Assembly (NCBI GenBank): GCA_002269645.1
Contig: NIVC01000366.1
Location: forward strand, 434,001-498,000
Direction of reading: 5' to 3'
Source: Macrostomum lignano
Taxonomy: Eukaryota
DNA length: 64,000 nt
Part shown: positions 27,693 through 51,299 of the stretch, one piece after another
How positions within the stretch are numbered: position 1 is the stretch's first letter
Layout: every line of letters begins with the position of its first letter
The notes under the pieces: model-generated
Database searches by the model: none
Told to the model about the DNA's origin: nothing
What the model saw: only the letters and a program-made list of their open reading frames with translations
Position numbers and translations under genes: made by a program

Positions 27693-29691
27693 GGACAAAT
27701 TACTTCGCTATGGACTCCCAAACCGCTCAACCAAATGACACCAAACTTTACACCCACCCTAAACTTACTACGGAGAATGTCTTAGGCTACCTTTAAATTT
27801 CCTAGACTCAAGTCTTCCTACCTAAAAGTACAAAAAACTGCTCAAAATGCGCGATTTTTTCACTTAATCCTCCATAGCGCCGCTCCACTTCTACCGATTC
27901 TCTTCAAATTTGACACAGATAATCTTTAACTATTTTGGCACAATCATGTAAAATTTTGAGTCTCAAAGTTAATCCTGAGCGGTGCTGTGCACTTTTAAAG
28001 TTAGGCTGTTTTTTTCAGCGTAGCAACCACCCCAACCTCCGCCCGCCTGCCTCTCTTTCCCGATCCCGATCTGGGCCCAGATGTGTAAAATGGGTTTCAA
28101 AATTGACTAACTTTCAGCTGCCATAAGTTTGCTCCACGTGAAGCGATTGACTTTAAGCTTCACACAATTCTTCATTGACTCATTCTCTGTCTAAATGTAG
28201 AGTTACAACTCTCTAACTCTTTCAGAAAAGAAACTGTAAGCGTGTGAAGTTTGTCTGCTTTTTCTGTTGTTTGTGCCACTCACTCACTCATTCCCCAGAG
28301 CCAGACGAAGGATCAGGCGATAGGACTGAATGTACATAGCAAATGTACAGTGTTTTGGAATAACTTTTTTATAGCCTTCTCGCACCCCGAGAGTGGAGAG
28401 GCTAGGTTTAGCCATAACAGTTTAATTAGTGAGAAATTCTAATCACTGCCCTCCCCTCCTCTGTATTGGCAAACTCTGCAGCAGTTTAACAGTGGATGGC
28501 AATTGGCAGATCGAGGAATCCAGCAAAAAAGCGAAAGCGAAAAGCGGTTTGTAAAAGCGAAAGATTTATGAAAAGGCGATGCGATGCAATGCAATACAAC
28601 CCTACTAAATTAGGCACACCCATGGAAATTTTAGGTTTCTTTTAAAGGTAGTGTGTAAATTTTAAATGGCCTCCTAAGAAATGCGTATTTCCTTGGTTGT
28701 TAGACTGATGCAGACTGCAGTGGAGCTGAAAATACAAAAATTCCTTTCAGGGCTGCAAATTGGCAAGAAAGATGACGTGATCAAAGCATGAGAATAACGA
28801 TGAGAGTAGTACGTCCCACAAACTGGCTTTCGAAGCAGGGATCGGCAGACTTTTACTTCAAAAGCCAGAAAAAGAATCCAGCTTATGTGCGGGCCAGATG
28901 AGAGTGGAAAGGAGAAGGAATAGACTATTTAGAAGAGAGGAGAGGCGAGAGGGGGATAAAGAAAACATGGAAGATAAGAGGGGAGACAAGTGGTGAGGAG
29001 AGAGCAGAGAAGAAGGGAGGAAGAAGCGAGAGGAGGGGAGAAAGGAGGGAGAGGAAAGAGTAAATGTGAGAAGAGAGGAGAGATGAGACAGAGGATCGAT
29101 GAGAGGAGAATAGAGAAGAGTGAGAAGAGAGTAGAGATGAGTAAATGTGAGAAGAGGGTAGAGATGAGACAGAGGATCGATGAGAGGAGAATAGAGAAGA
29201 GTGAGAAGAGAGAAGATATGAGAGAGCAGAAAGAAGATGACAGAGGGTCAAGAGGAGAGGAGAGATTAGAGAGGAGAGAGTAGAAAGGATAGAGAAGAAA
29301 TGAGATAAGAGGGGGAGAGAGGAGTGAGAAGAGAAGAGATAGAGATAAGAGAGGGGTGTAAGAAGAGGGGAGAAAGGAGAGATGAGATTGTAGAGATGAG
29401 ACAGATTAAAGGAGAGATGAGAGAGTAAAGATGAGAGATGAAAAAGGTGAGAGGAGAGTGCAGAGAGACGAGAGCAGACAAGAGAGGGAGACAGTATAGA
29501 AGAGGGAAGAGAAGAGAAGAGGAGAGGAGAAAGGAGAAAGGAAAGAGAGGAGTCAGAAGAGGTGAAAGAGAAGAGTACAGAGGAGATAAGTGAGAGAACG
29601 TATAAGAGAGTAAAGATGACAGATGAGAGAGAAGAGATGAGGGTGAACAGACGAGAGACGGGAGAGGAGAGATAAGAGAGAGAGAGAGAGG

Positions 29692-29734
<43 letters not shown>

Positions 29735-30656
29735 GAGCAGAGAGAAACGAGAAGAGATAAGAGAGAAAAGATAAAAGAAGAGAAAGGAGAGATGAAAGAG
29801 CAGACGAGAGAGAAGAGAGGTGAGGGAAAAGACGAGCGACGAGGGGAGAGAGAAGAGATAAAACAAGAAAAGAGATAAAAGGAAAGAGAGAGAGGAAAGA
29901 GGTGAGGGAAGAGACGAGAGAAAAGGGGAGAGATGAGAGAGAGAGGAAAGAGGAGAGAGGAGAGATGAGAGAGTAGAGGAGAGAGTTGAGAGATGAGAGA
30001 AAAGAATAGAGAGGAGAAGGAAGAGACGAGAGAAGAGGGGGAGAGAGGAGAGAGGAGAGGAGAGAGAAAAGAAGAGGGAAGAGATAAGATAAGAGATATG
30101 AAAGAGAAGAAAGATGAGGGAGGATACGAAAGAAGATGGGAGAGAGGAGAGAGGAGAGGAGAGGAGAGAGAAAACGAAAGAGTTGAGAGGAGAGAGGAGA
30201 GCAGAGAGAAAACGAAAAGTAGAAAGGAGAGAGGAGAGGAGAGAGAAAAGAATAGGGAAGAGATGAGGGAAGATACGAGAGAAGAGAGGAGAGAAGAGAG
30301 AGGAAAGAGTAGAGACGAGGGATGAGAGAGAAGAAAGGAAACAGAAGAGACGATAGAAATTTTAAAGGATCCAAGGGACATAGGGAGAGTCAGGGAGAGG
30401 CCAGAGTTTGCCAATACATGTTTTAGAGTCAGACAGACATTGCCTGACATTCTGCGGAGTACCCCCAGCCAACAATATCAATGTTTGCCTCAAACCCTAA
30501 TTTTACACGAATGTGCTCCATTTTATGTCCACCTCTATCTTACTAACTATTAACAAGTTTTTGTTTGTGTATTGCCTTAGATTTCAGAATACATGCAAAA
30601 GTAGTTCCAGGGATTGGAATTCCCCGGGTTCAAAATCCGCGGGTTTCAACAGCTTG
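27637..30656 (+). mobile_element. Non-autonomous Helitron, copy E (3020 bp, near-identical to D)
   Basis: Only three differences from D found by eye; ends CTTG|TCTATACC. Confidence 0.92.
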
Positions 30657-34046
<3,390 letters not shown>

Positions 34047-34364
34047 TAGATCTATAAATGTATAGATAGATCTATTTATCTAGATAAACAGACAGACAGA
34101 CAGACAGAAAAGAAGTTGTACAAGAAGGGCAGGGCTGGCAGTTCATGACGCAGCCACAGCAAAGCGAGCCGCAATTGTATCGAGCCCTGTAAGCCCCGCC
34201 AGCCACTCAGCCCATGAGTTAAGCTGCCCCCTTCGGAACCATCGCGTGACATTGTGGAAGTGAAAGAAGCGAGTGACGCTCAAAGCAGAAGTTTTCTCGC
34301 CTTTGATGAAAATGTCTTGCCTGCTTTTACTTAGAGTTTGATATTGAGAGAGCCAATCAGGTGA

Positions 34365-35000
34365 GGGATCATGGGAGGGACTCGTGTGAGGGATCATGGG
34401 AGGGACTCAGGGTGAGGGATCATGGGAGGGACTCAGGGTGAGGGATCATGGGAGGGATTCAGGTGAGGGATCATGGGAGGGACTCAGGTGAGGGACTCAG
34501 GGTGAGTGATCATGGGAGGGACTCAGGTGAGGGATCATGGGAGGGACTCAGGTGAGGGACTCAGGGTGAGGGATCATGGGAGGGATTCAGGTGAGGGATC
34601 ATGGGAGGGACTCAGGTGAGGGACTCAGGGTGAGGGATCATGGGAGGGACTCAGGTGAGGGACTCAGGGTGAGGGATCATGGGAGGGACTCAGGTAAGGG
34701 ACTCAGGGTGAGGGATCATGGGAGGGACTCAGGTGAGGGACTCAGGGTGAGGGATCATGGGAGGGACTCAGGGTGAGGGATCGTAGGAGGGACTCAGGTG
34801 AGGGACTCAGGGTGAGGGATCGTAGGAGGGACTTAGGTGTGGGATCATGGGAGGGACTCAGGGTGAGTGATCATGGGAGGGACTCAGGGTGAGTGATCAT
34901 TGGAGGGACTCGTGTGAGGGATCATGGGAGGGACTCAGATGAGGGATCATGGGAGGGACTCAGATGAGGGATCATGGGAGGGACTCGTGAGAGGGATCAT
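34365..35000. repeat. G-rich minisatellite, 25-26 bp unit (GGGAGGGACTCAGGGTGAGGGATCAT)
   Basis: About 25 tandem copies and sub-units. Confidence 0.95.
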
Positions 35001-36861
35001 GGAAAGAACTGATAGCTTAATGAAAAGGTGATTTATTAAACCAGATTAATTGCAAATCTTTGATTCGCTACTGGAAGTAGTAGACATGGAAACTATTCGC
35101 GCAATTTGCAGCAGCATTTTTCAAAGAACAAAAAAGTCAGCATCAATTGTTTTAATTTTTTTAAATTTTAATAAATTTTGCGGATTTGCGCACCCGTGCG
35201 AATTTCGTGAGTTGCGATTAGTGAGCAGTGCAAATCGCGCAGGGGTTTATTTGATTCAAAATTTAATCTGAAATTGAATATGCAGTTTTGAAAAAACAAC
35301 AACAACAGAGTATTTATTTGAAGAACTTCAAAAAAAGAACCAACAAACAAATAAAAAGCATAATTTTACATTTCATATCATACAAGATTACCTGTATATA
35401 ATAATATAGCAGAAAATTTAACTTTCGAGGGAAGAGAATTTTAATGGGAAAAACACAGATTTTTCAGTAATCAATAAAACATATTTTTGGTCAAGTAACA
35501 AATGAATATTTATAACTATATTTATTCATTCTCTGTATAAATAAGACTGTCAGCATACAGGTAAAACAGTCATACTAGATGCGAAAAATGGAAATGACTT
35601 GAGAAATAAAAAATTGTTATTTCTGAACTTCTTTTAAGTCAGAATAATTATTATTTTATTGTTCAATTTAGAGCATGAAAATTTAAATGAATTAATTCTA
35701 ATTTTTTTCTGGTGGAAGGGAAAGGTGCAGCAGTGTGAACGCAGATAAGACAAATATTAATTGGCTATTTAATTGTATCAGTAGCGGCGTAGTGGTTTTA
35801 TGGCTTTAAAATATAGCGACGTGAGAATGTACATTGGTCATTGTACAGTCAACAGCCAACTGGGGCAGAGGGATCGCCGGCGTGAGGTGGGTGCTAATCT
35901 GTCAACCAATCAGCGGCCGAGTTGAGTTTAACCTCGTAATAAGTGATTCTAAAAATAGCCCCAAGCCACCCTGTGCCCCACACTGCGTGCAGATCGAATG
36001 GAAATTAATGGACACAGTTAAGCAAGCACTTGAAAACAAAAAATGTAGGGTGATTGCCAACACTGCTCAAATTAAAACTATACTATAATTATTAAAATAA
36101 TTGATAGTTTCATTTCGAGTGTTTGGCAATTCTTATATAGAATAAAATATATAGACAAAGTTTTATGTGCTGCAGTGCAACTAAGGTTACGTTTATAATA
36201 TAATATATGTCTTTTAATATGTAGGAAAATATTTTTTCAAATCTATATATAGTGTTGAATAGATAGAACCTAATAGACCAACTTTTTATAGTATATATAT
36301 ATATATATTATATTCTATAAGCATGTTAATATGGTAGGGATTCTCAAAAAGATGGAAAGACAGGCATAGAATAGGAACAAAAAGTCTGATAAAATGAATT
36401 GACAAAAATTGATTATATGCAACAATAAGCCGGGTTATTATAACGCATAGATTATACTAATAAACATAACTACAGCGCATCCCAAACAACAGTTGCCGTT
36501 GTGGTTGAGTAGTGCAAACTAATCATTATCCGATTACGAATTATAATAATTAGAATTAGAACGCATATGAAAATATGATATGATTCATACAGAATCGAAA
36601 TGTGGAATCCAATATAAATTCAGTCTTCAAAAATATTAATTAATTCACACATATGCATGCAAATTTGAGAACTTAATTATTTAGAACATAAGGTTTTTCA
36701 CAGTCGGCGCGAGTTTCAACAAACCAATACAGAAAGTTTTGCGTTCCATTTGTGTGTACAAAATTTTAAGTAGGAAAATAACACAATAGCGCTCAAAGAT
36801 TAACGAAATACGTTGGTGGATTCCACTGTGCCATTGTGTCTGCATACTACAGCCAGTTGTG

Positions 36862-37868
36862 TCTGATTATAACCTGAAGGTACACCTGAAGAATCTGGTT
36901 ATAACCTGAGGGTAGGCCTGAAGGGTCTGGTAATAGCCTGAGGGTAGGCCTGAAGCGTCTGATTATAACCTGAAGGTAGGCCTGAAGCGTCTGATTATAA
37001 CCTGAAGGTAGGCCTGGAGTGTCTGATTATAACCTGAAGGTAGGCCTGAAGCGTCTGATTATAACCTGAAGGTAGGCCTGAAGCGTCTGATTATAACCTG
37101 AAGGTGGGCCTGAAGCGTCTGATTATAACCTGAAGGTAGGCCTGAAGCGTCTGATTATAACCTGAAGGTAGGCCTGGAGTGTCTGATTATAACCTGAAGG
37201 TACACCTGAAGCGTCTGATTATAACCTGAAGGTAGGCCTGAAGTGTTTGGTAATAGCCTGAGGGTAGGCCTGAAGTGTCTGATTATTTATAACCTGAAGG
37301 TAGGCCTGAAGCGTCTGATTATAACCTGAAGGTAGGCCTGGAGTGTCTGATTATAACCTGAAGGTAGGCCTGAAGCGTCTGATTATAACCTGAAGGTAGG
37401 CCTGAAGCGTCTGATTATAACCTGAAGGTAGGCCTGAAGCGTCTGATTATAACCTGAAGGTAGGCCTGAAGGGTCTGGTAATAGCCTGAGGGTAGGCCTG
37501 AAGTGTCTGATTATTTATAACCTGAAGGTAGGCCTGAAGCGTCTGATTATAACCTGAAGGTAGGCCTGGAGTGTCTGATTATAACCTGAAGGTAGGCCTG
37601 AAGCGTCTGATTATAACCTGAAGGTAGGCCTGAAGCGTCTGATTATAACCTGAAGGTAGGCCTGAAGCGTCTGATTATAACCTGAAGGTAGGCCTGGAGT
37701 GTCTGAATATAACCTGAAGGTACACCTGAAGCGTCTGATTATAACCTGAGGGTAGGCCTGAAGTGTTTGGTAATAGCCTGAGGGTAGGCCTGAAGTGTCT
37801 GATTATTTATAACCTGAAGGTAGGCCTGAAGCGTCTGATTATAACCTGAAGGTAGGCCTGGAGTGTCT
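36862..37868. repeat. 32-bp satellite (CTGATTATAACCTGAAGGTAGGCCTGAAGCGT)
   Basis: About 31 contiguous copies without unique spacers. Confidence 0.96.
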
Positions 37869-38069
37869 TGCGAAATGTTCAGTGCTAAGTAACAAAAACT
37901 CACTAACTACAGGTGCGCGAATTTAGCGAATTTAATAAAGTGTCAGACATCAGTGGCTGATAATTACGAGCAAAGAATAGAATTGGGGAAGTTAAGAAAA
38001 ACAAAATTTATCAAGGTTTATTTCAAGAATACGAGTAACGGATAGACTGTTTATGAGTTGAGAACAAAA

Positions 38070-45235
<7,166 letters not shown>

Positions 45236-46439
45236 CTGAAAAAAATGAAAAATATGCAAGATAACCTTAAATAATAACAATTCTATGAATCCATTATTAT
45301 TAACAAATTTAGGCCTTTTGCACTACATAATATCCTCAACAAATGCTATAATATTGGGATTCTAATTTGTTTAAAACTGGGTAGTTAGAAACTATCTAGT
45401 TTCCCCCCTGTATTAGATTTAGTTCCACAAATGAAAAGTTGTTTCTTTGCTAGGGACAAAATAACCTATGAAAAAAGAAAATAATTTAACTATTAGTTAA
45501 GAATAAAGAAACATGTTATTTTACTGGCTTTGCATTTTATAATGACCATTTATAGTACATCTTCCTATTTGACAAAGTAGGCCTAGCCATTTTTGTCAAC
45601 ATCATCTACACCTAATGCCATAGCTAATATTTGTAGATTTTTGGCACACGTCTATGACTACAAGCTTTCTGAAAGTTCTTAATGCACATTCATAGGTTTT
45701 TGAAGTATCTCATTAGGGAAGAACTTATCTTTTTTGTTCAATTTTAAGATACAAAAGACCCTCAACTATTGTGATTATCATAATTTTAGCAAGCTTTTTC
45801 AATAAAGGATTATATTGCTTGTCATAATTTCAATGAAAGCTGTGCTTATTTAGCTAGCTGTAGCTGCCAGTATTTACGCGGCCAGCAAGCACCAGTGTAG
45901 CCCACTGGAAATCCCCAACCTTTGTCTAGCTGAGGTGGGATGGGTATGCCAAGCTAGCCAACTCGCTAAGCTAGAGAGGTAGCCTATCACGCCATGCCAC
46001 TTTTTTGCACCTCCCAATCTCTTCGCTACCATTCTATCAATTAAACTAAAAAGGCCTTTTACCTCATTGGTGAGCCCGACTCCCAGCATGGAATGTGAAA
46101 TGAAAAAAGTGCAGATAGTAAAAGGTTAAACTGAATATGTCAATATTTTTTTGTCAATAGGCCTAAAATATAAACAATTGATGGAAGTCAAATTCATGAA
46201 TAGTTAAAATAAGCTGAGTAAATTTGTCAACAATAAGGCAGACTTACTTAAAGTTGTTTTGTAACTAAATAATGTCATTTATTTAATTTAAAAAGCAAAG
46301 TATTGTCAGACTTCAATATGGCTTTTTCATTGTGAGTATATATAAGCAATAACTAATTGGGAAATTATTGCTAGTTACATGATACAATAGTATAGATAAT
46401 TGAGTATCCCAGATACAATATACACATATATTTAGAATC

Positions 46440-47400
46440 TCAAGTTCACTGCGGAAATGGGAAATGACTATTTGAGTTTCTTTGATACTATGGTGACCCG
46501 TAATGCAAATTGTTGGGAGACAACAGTCTACAGAAAACCTACATTTACTGGAGTGCTACTAAATTTCCAGGTGCTATGCCCGAAAAGCTGGAAGCTGAGT
46601 TTGATCCGAGGCATGTTGCATTGTGCCTACAACATTTGCAGCAACTGGTCTAACCTACACCAGGAATTAACTAAGATAAAAGAGATCCTAACAAAAAACC
46701 AGTATCCAAATGACCTGATCAACTTAGAGAGTAATGCCTTCATCAATAAGAAAGTTAACAAACAGAATGTTACTAGCTCTAACTCTACCAAAAGGAAATC
46801 AACCATCAATATTCCGTACATTGAAATGCCAAGTACTAAATTTAAAAAAAGGCTGCCTGATATCTGCCATGACTGTCTCAATATGTGCATTGATATTATC
46901 TTCACTACTCAAAAGGTGGCCAACTTTGTGACAAGCCTAAAAAGCAAAGTACCTTCCACCTTGTGTGCTGGTGTTGTCTATCAATTTGTTTGCCTTGCTG
47001 AGCAGAGCCAGTTGTACATCAATAAGACTGATTGACACCTGTACACTAGGATCAAAGAATACCACTAGAAGGCTAGCGTGATTCATGACCATCTGCTAAT
47101 GTGCAATGCGTGTGCCAACATCAAACATGATAAAAAGTTTAAAATTATTGATTGGATTCAACACCACCACAAACTAAATGTGTTGAAAGCCCTGTACATC
47201 AAACAGTTAAAGCCTACCCTGAATTTACAACTGATAAGAAAGGGGGCTAATACTATTCTTAGAATATTTTGACTATTTTACAGCTATTTAAACCTTGTTT
47301 TTTTAACTCTTGGCCTGTACTTTCATTTTATTACCTTTAAATTATTACAAAATATTACCACCTGACAATGCTGAAAGTTACAATGAAACATGTTATGAAT
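46440..47400 (+). mobile_element. Penelope-like retroelement 3' relic (RT thumb + GIY-YIG endonuclease), 5'-truncated and disrupted
   Basis: FFDTMV..WETTVYRKPTFTG..CPKSWKLSLI..ELTKIKEIL.KNQYP, then VVYQFVC..LYINKT*..TRIKE and LKALYIKQLKPTLN; contains stops and frameshifts; AATAAA near 47398. Confidence 0.85.
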
Positions 47401-47827
47401 AAAAATAAATATAATATTTTTGTCATAATACTTGTCAACAATATCAATTGTAAAGAATGCAAATGTTTGCAATTATATTTGTATTTTTTTCATTCCTAAA
47501 GCAAAGTAGCATTCCTAAAATGTCAATGACAATTAATGATTTGCAAAAAAAATATTTTATTTGCATTTTGTATATGCATATTGCCTTAGTACGAGTATGT
47601 CATGGGACCTATATTTGCTTAGGACAAACTAATTGTATCAGGCCTAAGTGCTAAGTCTAAGATAAAAAATGGTTAATTTCCTTACTAACTAATTTCAATG
47701 ATATAGTTTCTTTAGTTTAACTAGGAAATTAACATCATAACTCTTAACAATTAAATATAGGTATAGGCCTAGGGTTTCTAAATACTATTAAATAGCACAC
47801 CAAGTCATATATTCCCTTATCTCATGC

Positions 47828-49099
47828 GAGAGTATGAGATTTGCTAGCAGGAAATCTGCTAGCCAAAGTTTGCTAGTGAGAAATTTGCTTGCCGAAATCT
47901 GCTAGCCAAAATTTGCTAGCCAAAGCTTGCTAGCAAGAATTTTACTAGTGAGGATTTAGCTAGCCGAAATCTGCTAGCAAGAATCCAACCAAAACTGGCA
48001 AGCAGCAATTTGGTTAGCCAAACTCAGGAAATTATAATTAGCTAGAGACAATTTGCTTGTCCAGTTTCACAAGAATTTTACTAAATCCTCTATAGCATTG
48101 CTGCACTTTTACCTTTACCAATCCTCTTTAAATTGGACACAATCCAATTTTTAACTATTTTGATACAATTGTATATAAAGTTTCGAGTCTCAAAGTTAAT
48201 TCTAAATGGCACTGTGTACTTTTACAGTTGGTCTGCTATTTGTCAGCAAAACAACCACCCTAACTTTTGCCTCTCTCTCCTTCCTGACCACTAGACAGAT
48301 GTGTGAAAGGGGTTTAAAATTAACTAACTTTCAGCTGCCATAAGTTTGCTCCATGTACAGCAATTGACTTCAAACTTGATACAATTCTTCATTGACTCAT
48401 TTTCTATCTAAATATAGTCTCGACTTTGTACCTCAGTTAGAACAAAAACTGTAGGCATGTGAAGTTTGTCTGCTTTTTCTGTTGTTTGTGCTACTCACTC
48501 ACTCATTCCCCTAGACCAAGGATCAAGTGATAGAGCTCAATGTACATAGGAAATGTACAGTGTTTTGGAATAACTTTTTATAGGCCTAGCCTTCTTTGCT
48601 AATGTTTAGCCATGACAGTTCAGTAAGGAATTCAACCACTGTCCTACTACGAGCTATCTGATTGCGAATTGAGAGTATTCTGTCCCCTACAATGACAAAC
48701 TGACTTTCCAAGCACTTGAACTGATGCTGATGCTTTTAGTTATAAAATATTTGGGATTTTACTCACTTCTCTGGATTTTTTTAGCTAAAACAATGCATTG
48801 CCATTGCCAGAAAACAAGCATTCTTTTGACGCCAGTTGCAAGAAGTTCGGTCAGCAAATTCCTGCTAGCAGATTTCGGCTAGCTAAATCCTCGCTAGCAA
48901 AATTCCTGCTAGCAACTTTCGGCCAGCAAAATTACTGCTAGTGCTAGGCCTAGAAAATCTCGGCTAGCAAAATCCTCGCTAGCAAAATCTCTGCTAGCAA
49001 GCTTCGGCTAGCAAACCTCGACTAGCAGATTTCGGCAAGCAAATTTCTTGCTAGCAAATTTCGGCTAGCAGATTTCCTGCTAGCAAATTTTATAGACCC
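47828..49099. mobile_element. Foldback-like element 1 (inverted arms of ~15-bp GCTAGC subunits) containing a Helitron fragment
   Basis: Left arm ATTTGCTAGCAGGAAATCTGCTAGCC... matches the reverse complement of the right arm ...GGCTAGCAGATTTCCTGCTAGCAAATTTTATAGACCC over more than 120 bp. No TSD identified. Confidence 0.7.
48076..48717 (+). mobile_element. Older, diverged internal fragment of the same Helitron family
   Basis: Matches the 5' body of copies B/D (CTAAATCCTC.ATAGC, AACTTTCAGCTGCCATAAGTTTGCTCCA, ACTCACTCATTCCCC, TGTACAGTGTTTTGGAATAAC) and the KLAFEA remnant ACAAACTGACTTTCCAAGCAC. Lacks both termini. Confidence 0.85.
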
Positions 49100-50419
49100 A
49101 CTACAATGCCAATGGGCTACTGAATCACATTGCTTTATGTTGAAACACGTGAATTAACATACAGATATACAGTACGTTTGATATGCACAAAGGTACATAA
49201 GACAACCAAAGTGCATCCATCATCAATACCAGCAGGAATGAAAGGAACAATCAATAATTAGGCCTAGAAACAAGATTGAGAACTTAAATTGCGCAAGACT
49301 CGTAAGCCTGAGCCAACAAGCAAGTTAAAAACGCCCTTATCTTATAAAGCCGAGCTCGTGATAAACAACAAACAGTTTGTTATTAAATAAAAAATTATAT
49401 TCTTCAATTTACCGAAGCAATTCTTATTCGAAAATTCTGTATTGTTAAAAAGCGTAAGGTTTTATAATTATTTTAATACCATAACTGGTCTTTTAAATTT
49501 TGTTAAAACGCTGAAGTGAAGGTTTAATAGGTCCGAGTCTTGTAAATTTGTAACTTTGTAACAGATATTAGGATTTTTAAAGACCTTGCTTAAAGCAACT
49601 CTCTAGCCTCAATAGTTTAAGAATTTATTGGCTATATCTAAGATAGCTTTATGTGGATGATATTTATGCTTTCGTTGCATTATGCAAGGGCGCTTTACTA
49701 CAAATTCTCCGGGATTGAAGTTAAACAATATGCCGATAGGAGCGCCGAAAGCACGCGTCAGTGGCTGATCACTGCTGCCCCAAACGGCAACAAGGATCCG
49801 TCGTCAAAACTTCTGTCTCAACTCCATCGACCTGGCAGTCACGTGACCGACCAACCCGTGCTGGATAGAAAAAGTCACGTGAGTACTGCAGACAGTCGTA
49901 CCAACCAAATCTCGACTTCAAAGGGAGAAAACATCGTCGGAGCCACCCAATCAAGCCGTAATTCCACAGAGCACGTGACGACCTCATCAAATGCAAATGT
50001 AGAAGGCAACCAGTCGTCACATGTGGTCAGCATTAGTAGCAGCTTTGAAGGCTACAGGCGTCACAACAGATTTGGCTATCGCTGTAACTGAAACAGCTTT
50101 ACTACGTGCTCGGTGTGAGCGTCGCGCCGTATCATGTGCTTTTTAAAGCAACAGAACATCACAAAAATTACCATTTCCATGAATACATGTACATTCCAAG
50201 CAATAAATTAAGCTTCAATGTTTATATATACTCATACGACCGTTTGACCTATTGCAATTTACAAGTCTCGATTAGAGAAGTCCTTTTGCGCATTTTACAC
50301 TTTATACAGTCCGTCATATTCGATCAATTTCTATATAAGTTAATTAAAATCGACTTTTTGCGAATTTTTCTGCATATTGTACGCAATCAAGCAATGTCAT
50401 GCGAGCTAAAATTAGGCTC

Positions 50420-50812
50420 CAGCACCAGGGGTTTTAGCACCAGGGGCTTTAGCACCAGGGGCTTTAGCACCAGGGGCTTTAGCACCAGGGGCTTCAGCAC
50501 CAGGGGCTTTAGCACCAGGGGCTTTAGCACCAGGGGCTTTAGCACCAGGGGCTTTAGCACCAGGGGCTTTAGCACCAGGGGCTTTAGCACCAGGGGCTTT
50601 AGCACCAGGGGCTTTAGCACCAGGGGCTTTAGCACCAGGGGCTTTAGCACCAGGGGCTTTAGCACCAGGGGCGCCAGCACCAGGGGCACCAGCACCAGGG
50701 GCGCCAGCACCAGGGGCGCCAGCACCAGGGGCGCCAGCACCAGGGGCGCCAGCACCAGGGGCACCAGCACCAGGGGCGCCAGCACCAGGGGCGCCAGCAC
50801 CATGGGCGCCAG
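50420..50812. repeat. 15-bp minisatellite AGCACCAGGGGC(TTT/GCC/ACC)
   Basis: About 26 copies; TTT variants on the left, GCC/ACC variants on the right. Confidence 0.96.
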
Positions 50813-51299
50813 CCAAATCCAAGCTTCGAGTTTTTTCGTTTAAAAAAATTAATTATTTTAGGCGAAAACTACGTATAGAAGGGACACTGCAATAACATAA
50901 AAATCAATTGTGCACTTTACACTGCACTGTTTAGCTGCTGAGGTTTGTTGTAAAGTTAAGATTTCTGCAGGAAATCTTTTTGCATTGCAATTCCAGATTA
51001 GAAATGTGTCAAACCTTGAGCTAACCAAGTGCAAAGCAGATAAAGCTTAGCGTGCAATGCATGTGTACATTTTAGCTGCCTGTATTTCGGTGCGTTAATT
51101 TGAAATGTTTGAGTTTTCGTAGGACCGTTAGTTTCAGATAAATGTATTTTGTCCCACAGGTATCGCGCTAGGTCTGCAGTTGAAAGACAGAACGTAACAG
51201 GTGTCAGAACTTTTATCTCTGTCTGCCAAATATTTTTTGAATTTCAGCAGATTTCGTTAAATACACTGTTGCAAAATTTAGATTATTGACTACAATAAC

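Noticed and set aside
36862-37868. CRISPR-like 32-bp repeats
   Set aside because: Repeats are contiguous with no unique spacers, there are no cas genes, and the context is eukaryotic.
49651-50091. 146-aa ORF as a stand-alone gene
   Set aside because: No domain, an AT-rich non-coding-like start and no partner exons found; kept only as an alternative reading of the E-box cluster.
50106-50843. Collagen/elastin-like (GAPGA)n and STRGF ORFs
   Set aside because: A 15-bp tandem repeat open in multiple frames on both strands; no signal peptide or gene structure.
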